From positions 1,220,517-1,284,516 of the forward strand of contig NW_003314291.1 in the NCBI RefSeq assembly GCF_000143415.4: a stretch of DNA of 64,000 nt. The letters are read 5' to 3'. Source of the stretch: Selaginella moellendorffii. Lineage: Eukaryota > Plantae > Lycopodiophyta. The notes beneath the pieces were generated by a model. The model was not told the origin of the DNA and did no database searches. It was given only the letters and a program-made list of their open reading frames with translations. Below, piece by piece: positions 37,601-49,389 of the stretch; the stretch's first letter is position 1, and every line of letters starts with the position of its first letter. The translations under genes and the position numbers were made by a program.

Positions 37601-38298
37601 TCACAAATACTCTTGACACTTGTTATGTATTACTCTTTTTCATCAATCTTTTTTTGATAAGAATTCTCCATAACCTCACTATATTTATTTTTGGCAACAG
37701 CTAGCATGATTAGATCTCATTTTAAATTGTGTTTAGTGAACTTTTTAAGAGTGATAGTGGTTTTGAGCACCTGTTTAGTGATAGTGTATAGTCTACTCAA
37801 ATTAACTTCCCTTGGATTTTGCTTCTAATTCCTTAGAGAGTCTCAACCATTCCCTTCACAAAATCTTATTTATGTCAGTAACTCTATCCTTGTTCCTTGG
37901 CCCAACATGCTAGTAACAATGACTCTTGAGGTCTAGGCATGACATGAAAGCTGGAAAGAAAGAAGATGTTAAAATAAATCAAGAAATACAGCTTTCCAAA
38001 AGTATCTCAATGTAACACAATGTGTAATCGCCATGCAAAACAAGCATCACATGCATATGAAGTCAAGTACCTAGCTGAAATTATGAAAAATACTAGCAAA
38101 GAAGTATTATATAGTGGTGTAGGCCATTCTCAAGTAGGAGCTCTAGTGATCTACAAAAAACACCACCCAATTATTTTGAAAATCAAAAGTAAACTTTGAT
38201 ATATTTATAGTCTCCATGCAAGTGTGCAATCCTAGCATAGTACCAGGGCTATAGAAGAATGATGACACCACTCACAGGTTGAAGAAGAAAATGTCCTC

Positions 38299-38674
38299 AA
38301 AGGTAGTATTGCTGCAAATGCATTCCATTGCAAGCATTCATGCGGTGGAAGGAGTTGTTGCTAGCAATACCAACAAAGAGACTAACCAAGTCATCCTCCA
38401 TGAAAGTCTCTCTACGAGCACATGATTACTAAAGAGTTGGTAGACTTTGTTGTGGAGCATTGCTAGAGTACAATTCTCATCTAAAGGTAGTATTGCTGCA
38501 AATGCATTCCATTGCAAGCATTCATGCGGTGGAAGGAGTTGTTGCTAGCAATACCAACAAAGAGACTAACCAAGTCATCCTCCATGAAAGTCTCTCTACG
38601 AGCACATGATTACTAAAGAGTTGGTAGACTTTGTTGTGGAGCATTGCTAGAGTACAATTCTCATCTAAAGGTAG
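38299..38674. repeat. Perfect 184 bp tandem duplication
   Basis: 38299-38482 equals 38483-38666, bounded by the 8 bp microhomology AAAGGTAG. Confidence 0.95.
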
Positions 38675-38995
38675 CAGCTGATCATGCTAATGTAGAAGTT
38701 GGTCATTTGGTGATTATGGTAGCAAAACAGCTTGGCAACTTGAGCTGAACTGGTAAAACTATCTCGACACTATAGAGTAGCTCAAAGGGAGTGGCACCTA
38801 TTGCCACTTTGTAAAATGTGAAAAAGGTCTAAAGAGCTGAAGTTAAGTATGTCAACCAAGCTTTGGGATGAGTCTCCACCAAGTTCTGGATAATCTTCTT
38901 GAGGACTTGATTTGTTAACTTGATGAGACTATTGCTTTGTGCATAGTAACTGCTTGATTTAACATGTGTATGTTGGAAGAGATCCTAAACGACCT

Positions 38996-39555
38996 TGTTG
39001 AGTATACGCTCTCAATGACATGATCCTAGGTGGCAGGAGTGCCACTTCATTGATCCAGGTGTAGGCTAGAGGCGTGTCTCTTCATCATGTATATATATCT
39101 ATGATATGATATACGATGATCTTTTGGAGTCATCCACCATCGTAGCTTCCACTCTTCTCTTCATGGTATCGGAGCCCTGAGGGCTTCAGATCCAGGGACG
39201 ATGGCGCTGGCCGAGGAAGAGGCTAGCGAGGATGACGATGAGCCACCGGACATGGCTGAGAGGTGCCAAGATTTGACACTATGCTGCATTGAGCGCCAGG
39301 GTAACAGCACTAGCAAGCTGAGCAAGGCGCTAGGGTGTGATCAAGCAGAGACTGGCCCGGAGGCGCTGGCAGAGGCGCTGAGAGGAGGCACCGAGCAGAG
39401 ACTGCACTAGGGCGCTGAGCAAGGTGCCGAGAGGAGCAGAGACTGCATTAGGGCGCTGAGCAAGGCGCTGAGGCGCTGGCACAGGCGCTGAGAGAGGGCT
39501 GGCGTGAGGCACCGAGCATAGGTGAGCGCTGGGCACCCTGAAGGGTAGAGGGCTG
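38996..39555 (+). mobile_element. Single-LTR miniature retroelement (LTR-PBS-internal-PPT-TG) flanked by a 13 bp direct repeat
   Basis: Putative LTR TGTTG...TTCA 38996-39163, immediately followed by PBS TGGTATCGGAGCC. GC-rich GGCGCTGAG-repeat interior. PPT-like GAAGGGTAGAGGGC then TG. Flanks are TCCTAAACGACCT at 38983-38995 and 39556-39568. Confidence 0.8.
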
Positions 39556-40704
39556 TCCTAAACGACCTGTCCCATGAAATGGAGCCTCAATTAGAGTGGA
39601 AGAAGTGAGGAACTCCAAATTAGCAATAGATATTATGGAACAAAAAGTTGATGGTCGAGTGTTGATTAACTAAGACAGCTTCTATCCATCTGATGCATGC
39701 ATTTGTGGTTGTTGTGTGAAGAAACCAACTCAAGAATGACCCCTTTAGAAAATTAGGAGTTAGTGGGTACTAGCCTTGAACTATTAGCCATTTGAAGTTT
39801 TGACACTATTTGCAGTATTGAACAAACTTCTTGGCATCCTAGAAGAGTGTCAATTAGTAGTAATCTTCATGAAAAACTCACTAGAATTGTTACCACTTCT
39901 TCCTCATCAACACAATGTAGAAGGTTTGAGTGTTGACAAAAGAGAATGCCTCCTAAGATGATCATTTAGAAATTTACCTTAGAGAACTTGGATGATGGAA
40001 ATGTACATAGATAGATCTCATCCACAGAAGGGTCTCCAAGGTAGCAGCAATGTCATCTTCACCACTAGAATTGAAAAAGGTGGCAAGAGTTGGAGTAAGT
40101 TGTCTAGGGTTGAAAGCTTACTAAGTGGATTGTGTGGGCCATGTAACATTGTCTTCCTTGAAAGGAAATAGTGTTATAAGCAATGGAAAGTATAGACCAC
40201 AAAGGTAGCTAGCTTGTCCAAATCATTCCAGTTCTTTTGAGTGATTGAGAAGTCCTTGATGATGAAGTGAACAGCATGCATGGCCTAGTTGTCACCCTGC
40301 TGGCACAAGGTGAAGCAGCAAGCTCCATCAAGTAGCTGGATGAAGAGATGGAAATTCTGTTCATAATTCAATGGCTATATAATAAAATCTTGTCGGAGTG
40401 ATGAGTTGAGAGCTTGGAAGGCTGCTTTATATGCTAAAGACTAACTAAAACTTGCATCATTTTATAGTAATAGCTAAAGTGGTTGAGCAATCATGGCATA
40501 GTTGAAGATGAATTGACAGAAAGTGTTGAAGTTTTTTGATACTTGAAGGGGGGATGGTCCAAAGTTGAGTTGACCTCAACTCAACATAAGTCCAACTAAA
40601 AGTTTTATAAAGGAAATGTAAATTGAAGAAATGAAGGTTTTAATGAACTTTAAAATATTGAAATATGTAAGTACCTAGGTCAAAAGTTTCTATTAAAATG
40701 AGTC

Positions 40705-41235
40705 ATTTGAGATTTGGATATACTATCACCGTGGATCCTTGGAACCTTCGGGGATAAATGGGGATAAAATAACCATTAAGAGCTCTTTTATCAAATAATT
40801 ACCCCTTTTCAATTAGTTTAAAGGGAGAGAGATAGAATGTGCTACATGTGATATCAAAGAAAATGGCACAAATTTGATTCCCATTTATTAGTAGCTATTT
40901 AAAATATAATATACTCTTAAACAAGGTATATTCCTATCCTTAAATTTGAAATTGTACTTGTAGTGCAGCCTACACAATGGAAAGATTGGTAGATTCAATG
41001 TGGAAATGGAGATATTAATTCCCTTTCACTTAGTAGGGGTTATTAATCAATAGTCAATGAAGACATTAACATCTCTGAAGGGGGGGTGAGTGTAGTGTAT
41101 ATGATCATGGGATGAGATTTAATAATACAATCATTGTAAATCTTTGGAACCTGATAAAATAGTCATTAAGGGCTCTCTCATTAAACAATTGTCCCTTTTC
41201 CTCTTAGCTTAAGAGGAGAGAAATAGAATGCTGCA
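40705..41235 (+). mobile_element. Degraded copy of the 33957-34630 TRIM, opposite orientation
   Basis: Partial 5' LTR ending ...GTGCTACA ~40847, decayed PBS, internally deleted interior, PPT GAAGGGGGGGTGAG and 3' LTR from 41091. Confidence 0.85.
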
Positions 41236-42601
41236 ATTAAAAAAAGAAAAATAAAACAAGAATCTATCCTTTCTAAAACTATATTATTTTATTATGACTA
41301 TTATATACCTATCATATTTTGATTTGACTACATCATATTTTGACTAATTTTACAGCTATCATATATTTAAATACTATTCCTTTATTCAAAAGTTTTTTCT
41401 AGGGTTCTTGAGAAGATAGGAAACAATGAGAATATTAACTTTATTTTAGTACTACAATCTTTATATTATACTCCTAGTCCTTATTACCCATCCAAGAATG
41501 TAAAAACCACTGTCATTATTGATAAAAATGCTTCTATTACTTTTAAACAACAATCAAAGCAAGAGAAATGAAAAAATAAACAGCATAGTGGAGAGCACCA
41601 ACAAATCTACTTTATAAAACTTCTGATAACATATTTACTATATACTTTATATAAAAAACTCTACTTACTTGAATATATCTCAATCCTCCCATAAGAGAAG
41701 AGTAAGGTATATTTTGATAGTGAATACCCACTAGAAATTTTCAAGAGTTGTTTATGAATAATAATAATAATAGAAATTGAAATCTTTCGAAAGACTCAAA
41801 AGTAATCATATTAAAGAATCAAGTCTATCTACATTTCTAAGATTGAAAAGTATTCTCACTTAAAAGAATGCCAAAACACCAATATGCCTTGCTACTATAA
41901 TATGGTCTACATTTCTCTATAGTCTATTTCTCTAAAAATTTGGTATAAGTGTAAAAATAATATTATTAGAATGATAGAGTATGTATATATAATAATTTAG
42001 AATTCTAGAAGCTCTTATATTAAGACAAAATTTAGTGTATAAACTACCAAGAAAAGTTATAGTCATTCATTGCAAAGCTAAAAAGTTTATATAGGAATGA
42101 TTGAAAAGAAAATCATTGCTACTCATACTTAGCCCCCAGCATTTCATATTAATCTCCACCTCCATCCCCATGTTTTACTAATATTCTACCTTCATCTCCA
42201 TATAGCAATTTTCTTTCTATTAAGGGCTTTAGTGAAGCTAAACTAGAGCTTTATATATATTAAATTCCAAATCTTCCTACTAAAGAGGGATTGCCTCTAA
42301 CACTTCAAAAGCAATGCTACATATTTTTGCAAGATCTTGCTCCTAATATAGCAAGACAATTTGAAAGCATTGAACACTATTATATTCAATGTTCAATATG
42401 CTATTTGTTTTTGGATAAGACAAATGGCTTCATGGGTCTATAAATTTTTCTTAAGCATTCTAATGGGTCTAGAAAATATGCACCTGTGGATATACAATAG
42501 ATTTAAAAACAAGTTACAGACACATAAGACACATACCCACTATCGTTTTATAATGAGAAACAATATCCCCTTAAGAACACTAATGCAAACTATGGGGTTT
42601 T

Positions 42602-42804
42602 CAGGCCATCTTACAATAGAATGTAAGTTGTTTGTTGGCTTCCTTGTTCCATTTCCATCCTTTTTTCCTATCCTCTAATTATTTGAGCTTCTCGAGGAAG
42701 TAGGGTTTCTTTACTATACTATAGTATTATTTCTTTTTAAAAAAATAATACTATAGTATAGTAAAGAAACCCTAGATTTTACATTCTATTGTAAGGTGGC
42801 CTAA
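42602..42804. repeat. Foldback / MITE-like inverted repeat
   Basis: Outer arms GGCCATCTTACAATAGAATGTAA / TTACATTCTATTGTAAGGTGGCC. Inner perfect 32 bp arms at 42701-42732 and 42743-42774. Confidence 0.8.
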
Positions 42805-44129
42805 ATGTGGCATTTGAATTACCAATATGCGGTGCCAAATTTTTTTTATATTTGCCTATAGTAATGATCTCATTACACTTTTCTAGCACTTGTGCACTCA
42901 AAATAATGGTAAAACATTTTTTAACAACCTAATTAATTTTATACTTGTGTGGTGTAAAGTATATATTTTCTTTTCACTTTATGAGGGCCTTTTTTTTATT
43001 ATTTTGGTTTCTAGCCTTTAGTGAAGGTCAAGAAAAATGCTTATGAATTGGCACATCCAGAAAAGAGTCAAAAAGAGATCTCAATTAAGCTCATTCAAAT
43101 TAAACAAAAAATTCAATATGCAAAGTCTTTAAAGTTGAAGAAATTAATATGCATTGCAAACAATTGTAAGTAGAAGGAATGACTAAAAACTATAGTCAAA
43201 ATTTCTACTCATGAATATAAGTTTCTTATCATAAGCTTCATTTTTTAAATTACACATATATTACTTTTGCAGTCAACAAAACTCCAAATGACATGATTTA
43301 CAATATCATACTCAAGTCTGCCAAAAGACAAAGTTGCTCGATGTCATGGACAAGGTTCTTTTCTTTAATAGTAAATTGCCCAAACTTGCATTTAAAAAAG
43401 ACAAAACAAGTTAAAATGGAATTGAAGGTGAAATAAATGGAGATGGGGATTTGGCCAATTTTTGGATCCATTTCGACCACATGGAACAAATTTTACATAA
43501 TTGATTTTTTGGCAAGCCAAAATAAGTCTATTGACATCTAAAGGTCCCTTTGTATAGACATGGCCAACCGAATTAGGGTTTAGGGTTTAGGGAAATATTA
43601 ATAATTTATGTTGATCTCAAGGATTATTCAGCTTTAGATAGACATATCTAATGCTGCCATTAAAGCGTCCTCACGTAGCTATTGAGAGTTTAAAATATAG
43701 ATAAAATCTTTGGATATAGAATTAATAAATATATAGAGATAAATAATTTTATTTATTAGTGCTTCGGATTTCCTAGTTCCTGCTGATGGACAAAATTCAA
43801 TCTTAGTTGACATGTCCATCCATATGTAACACTACTATAATTAGCATATTTACCTAGATTATGGAATTTCAACTTTTATAAGTTTACATCAAATTCAGTG
43901 AAAAAAGAACAAAAATTATAAGAAAATCAATGCTAGGAAATCCCCACTCTAATTGTACTATATAAGCATCCCCAATGAATGTGAATAGAAATAATTTTCT
44001 AAATAAAGGAGTTAAGTTGAAATATATTGCATCTTCAACTAAAATCATCAGTATCTTCAAAACTGTTCAATATAGAACCATTACAATATTTTACGGGTTC
44101 CAAGTAATAACCCCCATGAAACAAAGGCA

Positions 44130-45350
44130 TTGTGTTAAAAAGCTCTCTTAACATACCACTCCTCCCCAAAATATCTGCTATAGATCCAAAATGTTCGAAT
44201 TGCATAGTTGAAAACTATTCTACTGAATTCCCTCCGCCCTCTTTTAAGCAGCCCAATGTGATCGCACACGCTCTTCCCATTGGCACTCACGGCATTCACA
44301 GCCATCTCCTGCAAAAATTCCAAAGCGCATCCACCATTACCCGCATAGACGAATGCTCCCAGCATTGAATTCCACAACATTTCATCTAGTTCTGGAATAG
44401 AATCAAAGAATCACCTCAATTCTAAGAGAGCCCCTGTTTGTGCATAAGCACCAAGCATTGCATTCCAGGATGCCAAGCTCCGATCGAGCATCAAATCTTG
44501 CAATCTCTTGGCAAGGGCGACCATTCCACTTGATAGATAGAAATAGGCGCTGCCGCTGCTTAGGATCATCGGGATAGCGCAAGGTCATGGCGCTCTCCAG
44601 GATCTTCCTCCTCGTCTGCCTCTTCCTCGTCGCGTCCGCCACGTCACCAGGTCCAACTGTGGCATCCTTTGAAACACGGTAATAGCGTTCTCCACGCTAT
44701 CATTGTGTTCCAGGTAATTAAATCCCTCTCAGGTGTTCTATCAAACGTTCGCTTGGCATTTTCCAAATGCCCAGAAATTGAATATGCTGTAAGTATGGAA
44801 TTCCAGGATCCAGTGTCGCGATCTGGCATTGATCGAAACAATTGCTCTGCCCCGGAAAGATCTCCAAAGTTACTGTAAGCTTGGATCATGATGTTCCAGG
44901 AGACAGTGTCTCGGATGCCCATTCTATCAAACAAATCCTTCGCTTGGAAGAATTGTTCGCACCGTGCGTAGGCGGAGATCATGATGTTCCAAGAGAGAAC
45001 GCTCCTGAGCTGAGGTATCCTCTCAAAAATCTCTCTTGCAGCGTGGAGATTGCTGTTCTCGGCAAACACCCTGATCAATGCATTCCAGGAAACTTGGTTT
45101 TTGTGAGGATTCTTCTGGAACATGAGCATCACGTCCTCAGCACGGCCATTCTGAGCACAAGCGGAGATCATGATGTTCCAGGAGAAGGCATTGGGCTGCG
45201 CAATGGACTACTTTGCGCTCTGGAGATCCCATACATTTGCACTGCCAAATTCCAGAGAAATCTATCGCTGTGATGGCTGCTGCTCGACAGAATCCTCACA
45301 TGGAGCCACCTGGCCTGCTCAAGATCCCTGGCAATGCCGCAAGTGCGCAA
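44130..45350 (-). pseudogene. PLS-class PPR gene remnant
   Basis: Tandem PPR motifs (SWNALIRVFAENSNL, SWNIMISAYARC, DTVSWNIMIQAYSNFG, DTGSWNSILTAYSISG) with frameshifts and truncation. Confidence 0.9.
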
Positions 45351-45479
45351 GAGGACTGCGAGTTCTTAGAACTTAAGGGTTTATGTATTTGGTCTTAAAA
45401 TATTCATTACATCAAATGTGTATCAAATTATCAGGAATAAAAAAATCGTGAACTAACAAAAAAAGCTATTACTGGCCAA

Positions 45480-45800
45480 ACCCTAATTTTGATTGAATTC
45501 AAAATGGTACTATTTAAAGTGCTTTATGTTTGAAAAGTGCCCTAAACACTATTTGAAATTGTGTTTTTAAAGTGTTTTTAAAGAAGGTGCCTTAAAAACC
45601 ATTCAATACTTAATAGTGTTTTTAAAGTGTTTTTAAAGTGCCTTAGTGTATATTGGATATATTCATTTAATGACCAAACAGTGTATTTTAGGTGCCTTAG
45701 ACACCATTTAGTCACCTAATGGTGTATTGGACAATCATAAAAAAACATTAAATGGTGTATAGGGCACCTAAAATACACTATTTAGTCATCTCATAATCAT
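45480..45800. repeat. AT-rich repeat tract with a ~41 bp-arm inverted repeat (45670-45710 / 45749-45789)
   Basis: ATGACCAAACAGTGTATTTTAGGTGCCTTAGACACCATTTA versus the reverse complement of 45749-45789 shows 4 mismatches. Short AAAGTG(T/C)/GGTGCC units repeat upstream. Confidence 0.75.
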
Positions 45801-46039
45801 GCAAAAAGAGCAATATTTTATGTTTAAATAATTCTTATAAGTGATTATGTTTAAACCTTCATTTTAAATATATGTACGACTAAGCACTATTGAATTTCAA
45901 ACGTTTTCAATGTGGAGCGCCACATTTTGTCTGGACACGCTACTTTAAAAGAGGGCTCACAGCTCCTGTGAGGAACCATCGAAGTAGAAGAAGCTCCTAG
46001 TTTGTCTCTCTTTGTTTGCATGCTTTTGAAGTGAATCTC

Positions 46040-47701
46040 ATGGCTTCCACTCAGCTTAGAAATTACTCTTCGTGCTTCCCTATGAGCAGCTTCAAGCCTG
46101 CAAGGCCATCCATGGTTGTTGCAAGTGCTGTGAGATTTGCTCCAAACAAGAACAATGAAGATGTTTCGCTTGTAATTGGCAGCAAAACAAAGAAAGTAGA
46201 TGTCTCCGTGGAGAAAGTTCTGGTCAAGGAGCTAGAGCAGGCATACAAAGTCTCGCCCATCAAAACTCCTCCGGCAGCGGAGGAGCTTCATCCCCCAGCC
46301 GAGGAAAAGAAGTTGAGCCAGAGATGGAGAGAAATTCAAGGGGCTAACGACTGGGAGGGCCTGCTGGAGCATCCTATCGATCCATGCCTGCGAGCCGAGA
46401 TCATCCGCTACGGCGAGTTTGCTCAAGCTTGCTATGACGCCTTCGACATGAACACTGGCTCCAAGTACTGCGGAAGCTCTAAGTATAGCAAGAAAGAGCT
46501 CTTTGACCGAGTGGATCTACCGGGCCGAGGCTACGAAGTGACCAAGTTTCTCTACGCCACCGCGGACCCGGAGATTCCATTCTTCTTCAAAAACTCCGAG
46601 GCCTCGGACTCTCCCAACCGGGACTCCAACTGGATCGGCTACGTCGCAGTGGCTACCTGCGAGAAAGAGATCGCAAGGCTAGGGAGGCGAGACATCGTCG
46701 TTGCCTGGCGGGGGACCGTCACCTCGATCGAGTGGTCTGAGAACTTCAAGGACTTTCTCACACCCGCGGGGCTGGATCAGCGACACTGGGACAAGAACAA
46801 GTGCTCGTTCCTCGACGGTGTCAAGGTGGAGAATGGCTTCCTCCACTTGTACACGTCCAAGAAGAAGAGTGCCAAGAAGAAGAAGAACCGGAGTGCCCGC
46901 GAGCAGCTGCTGTGGGAGATCCATCGCCTTGTTGGTCTCTACAAGGGCGAGCAGCTAAGCATCACGGTGACTGGGCACAGCCTCGGCGGAGCCCTGGCGC
47001 TCCTCAGCGCCTACGATATCGCTGAGTCAGGCATGGACGAGCCCCTCACGAGCGTCGTGTCCGGGAGCTACTGCGAGCAGCATGGAGCTCCGACCGGAAC
47101 TATGGATCCCATCTTCGAGAGCCTCCCCCGGCCTCACAACATCGACGACGATCCGACCAACAACATCCCCGTCACCGTCTTCTCCTTTGCCGCCCCCCGG
47201 GTCGGGAACGATGCGTTCCGTGATCGATGCGACTCGCTCGGTATCAAAGTCCTTCGCGTTGTCAACGAGAAGGACTTGGTCCCCAAAACTCCGGGGATCT
47301 TCTTCAACGAGAAGAGCTTCGCATTCATCCGGGCGGTGATCGACAAGCTCCCATGGACCTATTCTCATGTCGGCCAGCAGCTCCAGGTTTGCAGCACGCA
47401 CTCTCCATTGCTCCAGCACACGATGAATCCGTCCTGGCATCACAACTTGGAAGCCCACTTGCATCTCTTAGATGGGTATCACGGCCCAGACAAGCCGTTT
47501 TCTTCAATGACGCAGAGGGACCCAGCGCTAGTGAACAAGGCTGCCGATTTCTTGATCGAGGAAATGGGTATCCCGGGTTTTTGGTGGCAAGAGATGCACA
47601 AGGGTCTGGTAAAGGATTTATCTGGAAGATGGGTGCAGCCTCACAGGGAACCCCACGATGGAGACGACGAAGATTGTTGCAAATATCATCGACGTCACTG
47701 A
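46040..47701 (+). CDS. Phospholipase A1-I (DAD1-like, lipase class 3), probably plastid-targeted, intronless
   Basis: RWREIQGANDWEGLL, EIIRYGEFAQACYDAF, SNWIGYVAV, RRDIVVAWRGT, TGHSLGGAL, D.VPKTPG, HNLEAHLHLLDG. Ser-rich N-terminus. Confidence 0.95.
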   Translation: MASTQLRNYSSCFPMSSFKPARPSMVVASAVRFAPNKNNEDVSLVIGSKTKKVDVSVEKVLVKELEQAYKVSPIKTPPAAEELHPPAEEKKLSQRWREIQGANDWEGLLEHPIDPCLRAEIIRYGEFAQACYDAFDMNTGSKYCGSSKYSKKELFDRVDLPGRGYEVTKFLYATADPEIPFFFKNSEASDSPNRDSNWIGYVAVATCEKEIARLGRRDIVVAWRGTVTSIEWSENFKDFLTPAGLDQRHWDKNKCSFLDGVKVENGFLHLYTSKKKSAKKKKNRSAREQLLWEIHRLVGLYKGEQLSITVTGHSLGGALALLSAYDIAESGMDEPLTSVVSGSYCEQHGAPTGTMDPIFESLPRPHNIDDDPTNNIPVTVFSFAAPRVGNDAFRDRCDSLGIKVLRVVNEKDLVPKTPGIFFNEKSFAFIRAVIDKLPWTYSHVGQQLQVCSTHSPLLQHTMNPSWHHNLEAHLHLLDGYHGPDKPFSSMTQRDPALVNKAADFLIEEMGIPGFWWQEMHKGLVKDLSGRWVQPHREPHDGDDEDCCKYHRRH

Positions 47702-48006
47702 GGGACTGTGCTACGGAAAGAGAGTAGCGAAAGTTGGCATGCATTGCGTAAAGAACAATGTTTAGTGACAAACAGCATATTTCGGAGCCTGAAGTTGGTA
47801 CAAGTTGTGAATACAATAATGAATGGATTTGCATAAAGACAGAATTTGTCAATGTTGAAGAGTGACAGGTTTCGTCTGGAAGAGCTCGAGCGTTTCAGTT
47901 TGAAAGTTTCAAAGTAAAAGGATTTTGACTCGGCTGACATGACTATAATAGGCATCGATGAAACTGGAATTTTTTTATCACAATGACAGCCATGGCTGCC
48001 GCTCCC

Positions 48007-48240
48007 AGCAGCGCTAAGATCATTGACCCGCCTTCACATCCACAGTGTTCAGATGTGAAGAATTTCACCTATCTGGCACTGTCCACCCACAAATCTTTCC
48101 AATTCACATCGAAGATTCATGAAAAGCGAGCAAGTGGTCGCATATGGAGTAAGTGGTTAGAGCTGCAAGGCGTTGACAATTGGTTGGGATTTCTGCCCCT
48201 GTCACCCAAAACTCACAAAGCGGTGGATAGCTACTAGGAT
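48007..48240 (+). pseudogene. Truncated N-terminal fragment of a PLA1/DAD1-like lipase paralog, copy 1
   Basis: KWLELQGVDNWLGFLPLSP...VDSY resembles RWREIQGANDWEGLL...IIRY of the upstream lipase. Confidence 0.65.
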
Positions 48241-48770
48241 GGCAATGCTGCAGTGCCATGTAGTGATTTCATTCTTCATATAAATTATATCTAAATCTAA
48301 TAGAAGTATTTAATTTTTCATTTATTATCATCTATTAAATGTCTCAGATTTGTACTGAGGAGAAGTTGTTATGAATTTTACTTTTATATACTAATATATG
48401 TTAATGGCCAAAAAAAATATTCTTAACATTGTTTTTCATATTTAATTTGAAAAATGCTTTAACAACTTTGTAATGGATGATAGATAAACTTCTTTGTAAT
48501 ATGCCAAAAATGACTATCACCTTCATCAATGATATCTTAATCCACTCGAAAGGGATCTAAGGAAATCACATCTATGATGTCCACATTAGGTATAAAAAGT
48601 TGGTTTGAAGCTAAAATGACCGAAATGTGTATTTTGGCTTTAAAACACAACTTATTTTGGGTATTGCAATTTTTGTAAGGGTTTATAAGTTGATCATAAT
48701 AAAGTTCTAACTGTTATGAAATTGTTTACTCTAAAGTGTGTAAACAATATATAATATTTCTTCAACAAGA

Positions 48771-49008
48771 TATGTGTGCATGGAATATGGAAAGAGAATA
48801 CAAAAAATATGCATATCAATTAGCCCAAAAATCCTAGTTTATATACAAGAGCGAGTGGTCCGGATTGGAACTAATTCGACGGCTACCAAAATCTCACTAC
48901 GCTAATATTAATATATAATATCATATCTGTACACTTGGCCCTCACATTATTCCCTCCTCTCAAAATAATAAAAGACCATTAGGGTTCTTTTGTAGATGGG
49001 CTAGGATC
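48771..49008 (-). mobile_element. Family A 3' LTR plus PPT and ~60 bp of internal sequence (one-ended insertion)
   Basis: 48771-48946 matches the 174 bp LTR. 48947-49008 matches 27853-27912. Confidence 0.9.
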
Positions 49009-49027
49009 ATTGATAGCCTTCACATTG

Positions 49028-49270
49028 AGCAGTGCTAAGATCATTGACCTGCCTTCACATCCACAGTGTTTAGATGTGAAGGATTCCACCTATCTAGCAC
49101 TGTCCACCCACAAATCTTTCCAATTCACATCAAAGATTCATGAAAAGCAAGTGCTCAGACCATCTAGTGGTCACCTATGGAGTAAGTGGCTAGAGCTGCA
49201 AGGCATTGACAATTGGCTGGGATTTCTGCCCCTGTCACCCAAAACTTGCAAAGTGGTGGATAGCTACTAG
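49028..49270 (+). pseudogene. Truncated PLA1-like fragment, copy 2 (part of a direct duplication of 48007-48770)
   Basis: Near-identical to 48007-48240, followed by the same decayed RT remnant. Confidence 0.65.
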
Positions 49271-49389
49271 GATGGCAATCTTGCAGTGCCATGTAGTGAT
49301 TTCATTCTTCATGTAAATTATATCTTGTGACAAAGTCTAATAGAAGTATTTAATTTTTCATTTATTATCATCTAATAAATGATATAACT

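Larger units (their letters stand above)
37520..40560 (-). mobile_element. Degraded Ty3/gypsy pol remnant (RNase H/integrase region) of another family
   Basis: With the 38996-39555 insert removed, the minus strand reads S.GSHFMGQVV*DLFQHTHVKSSSYYAQSNSL, an integrase core motif. Boundaries are approximate. Confidence 0.55.

Noticed and set aside
41240-43550. DNA transposase (hAT/Mutator) remnant
   Set aside because: No recognisable motif or terminal repeats could be established by eye.
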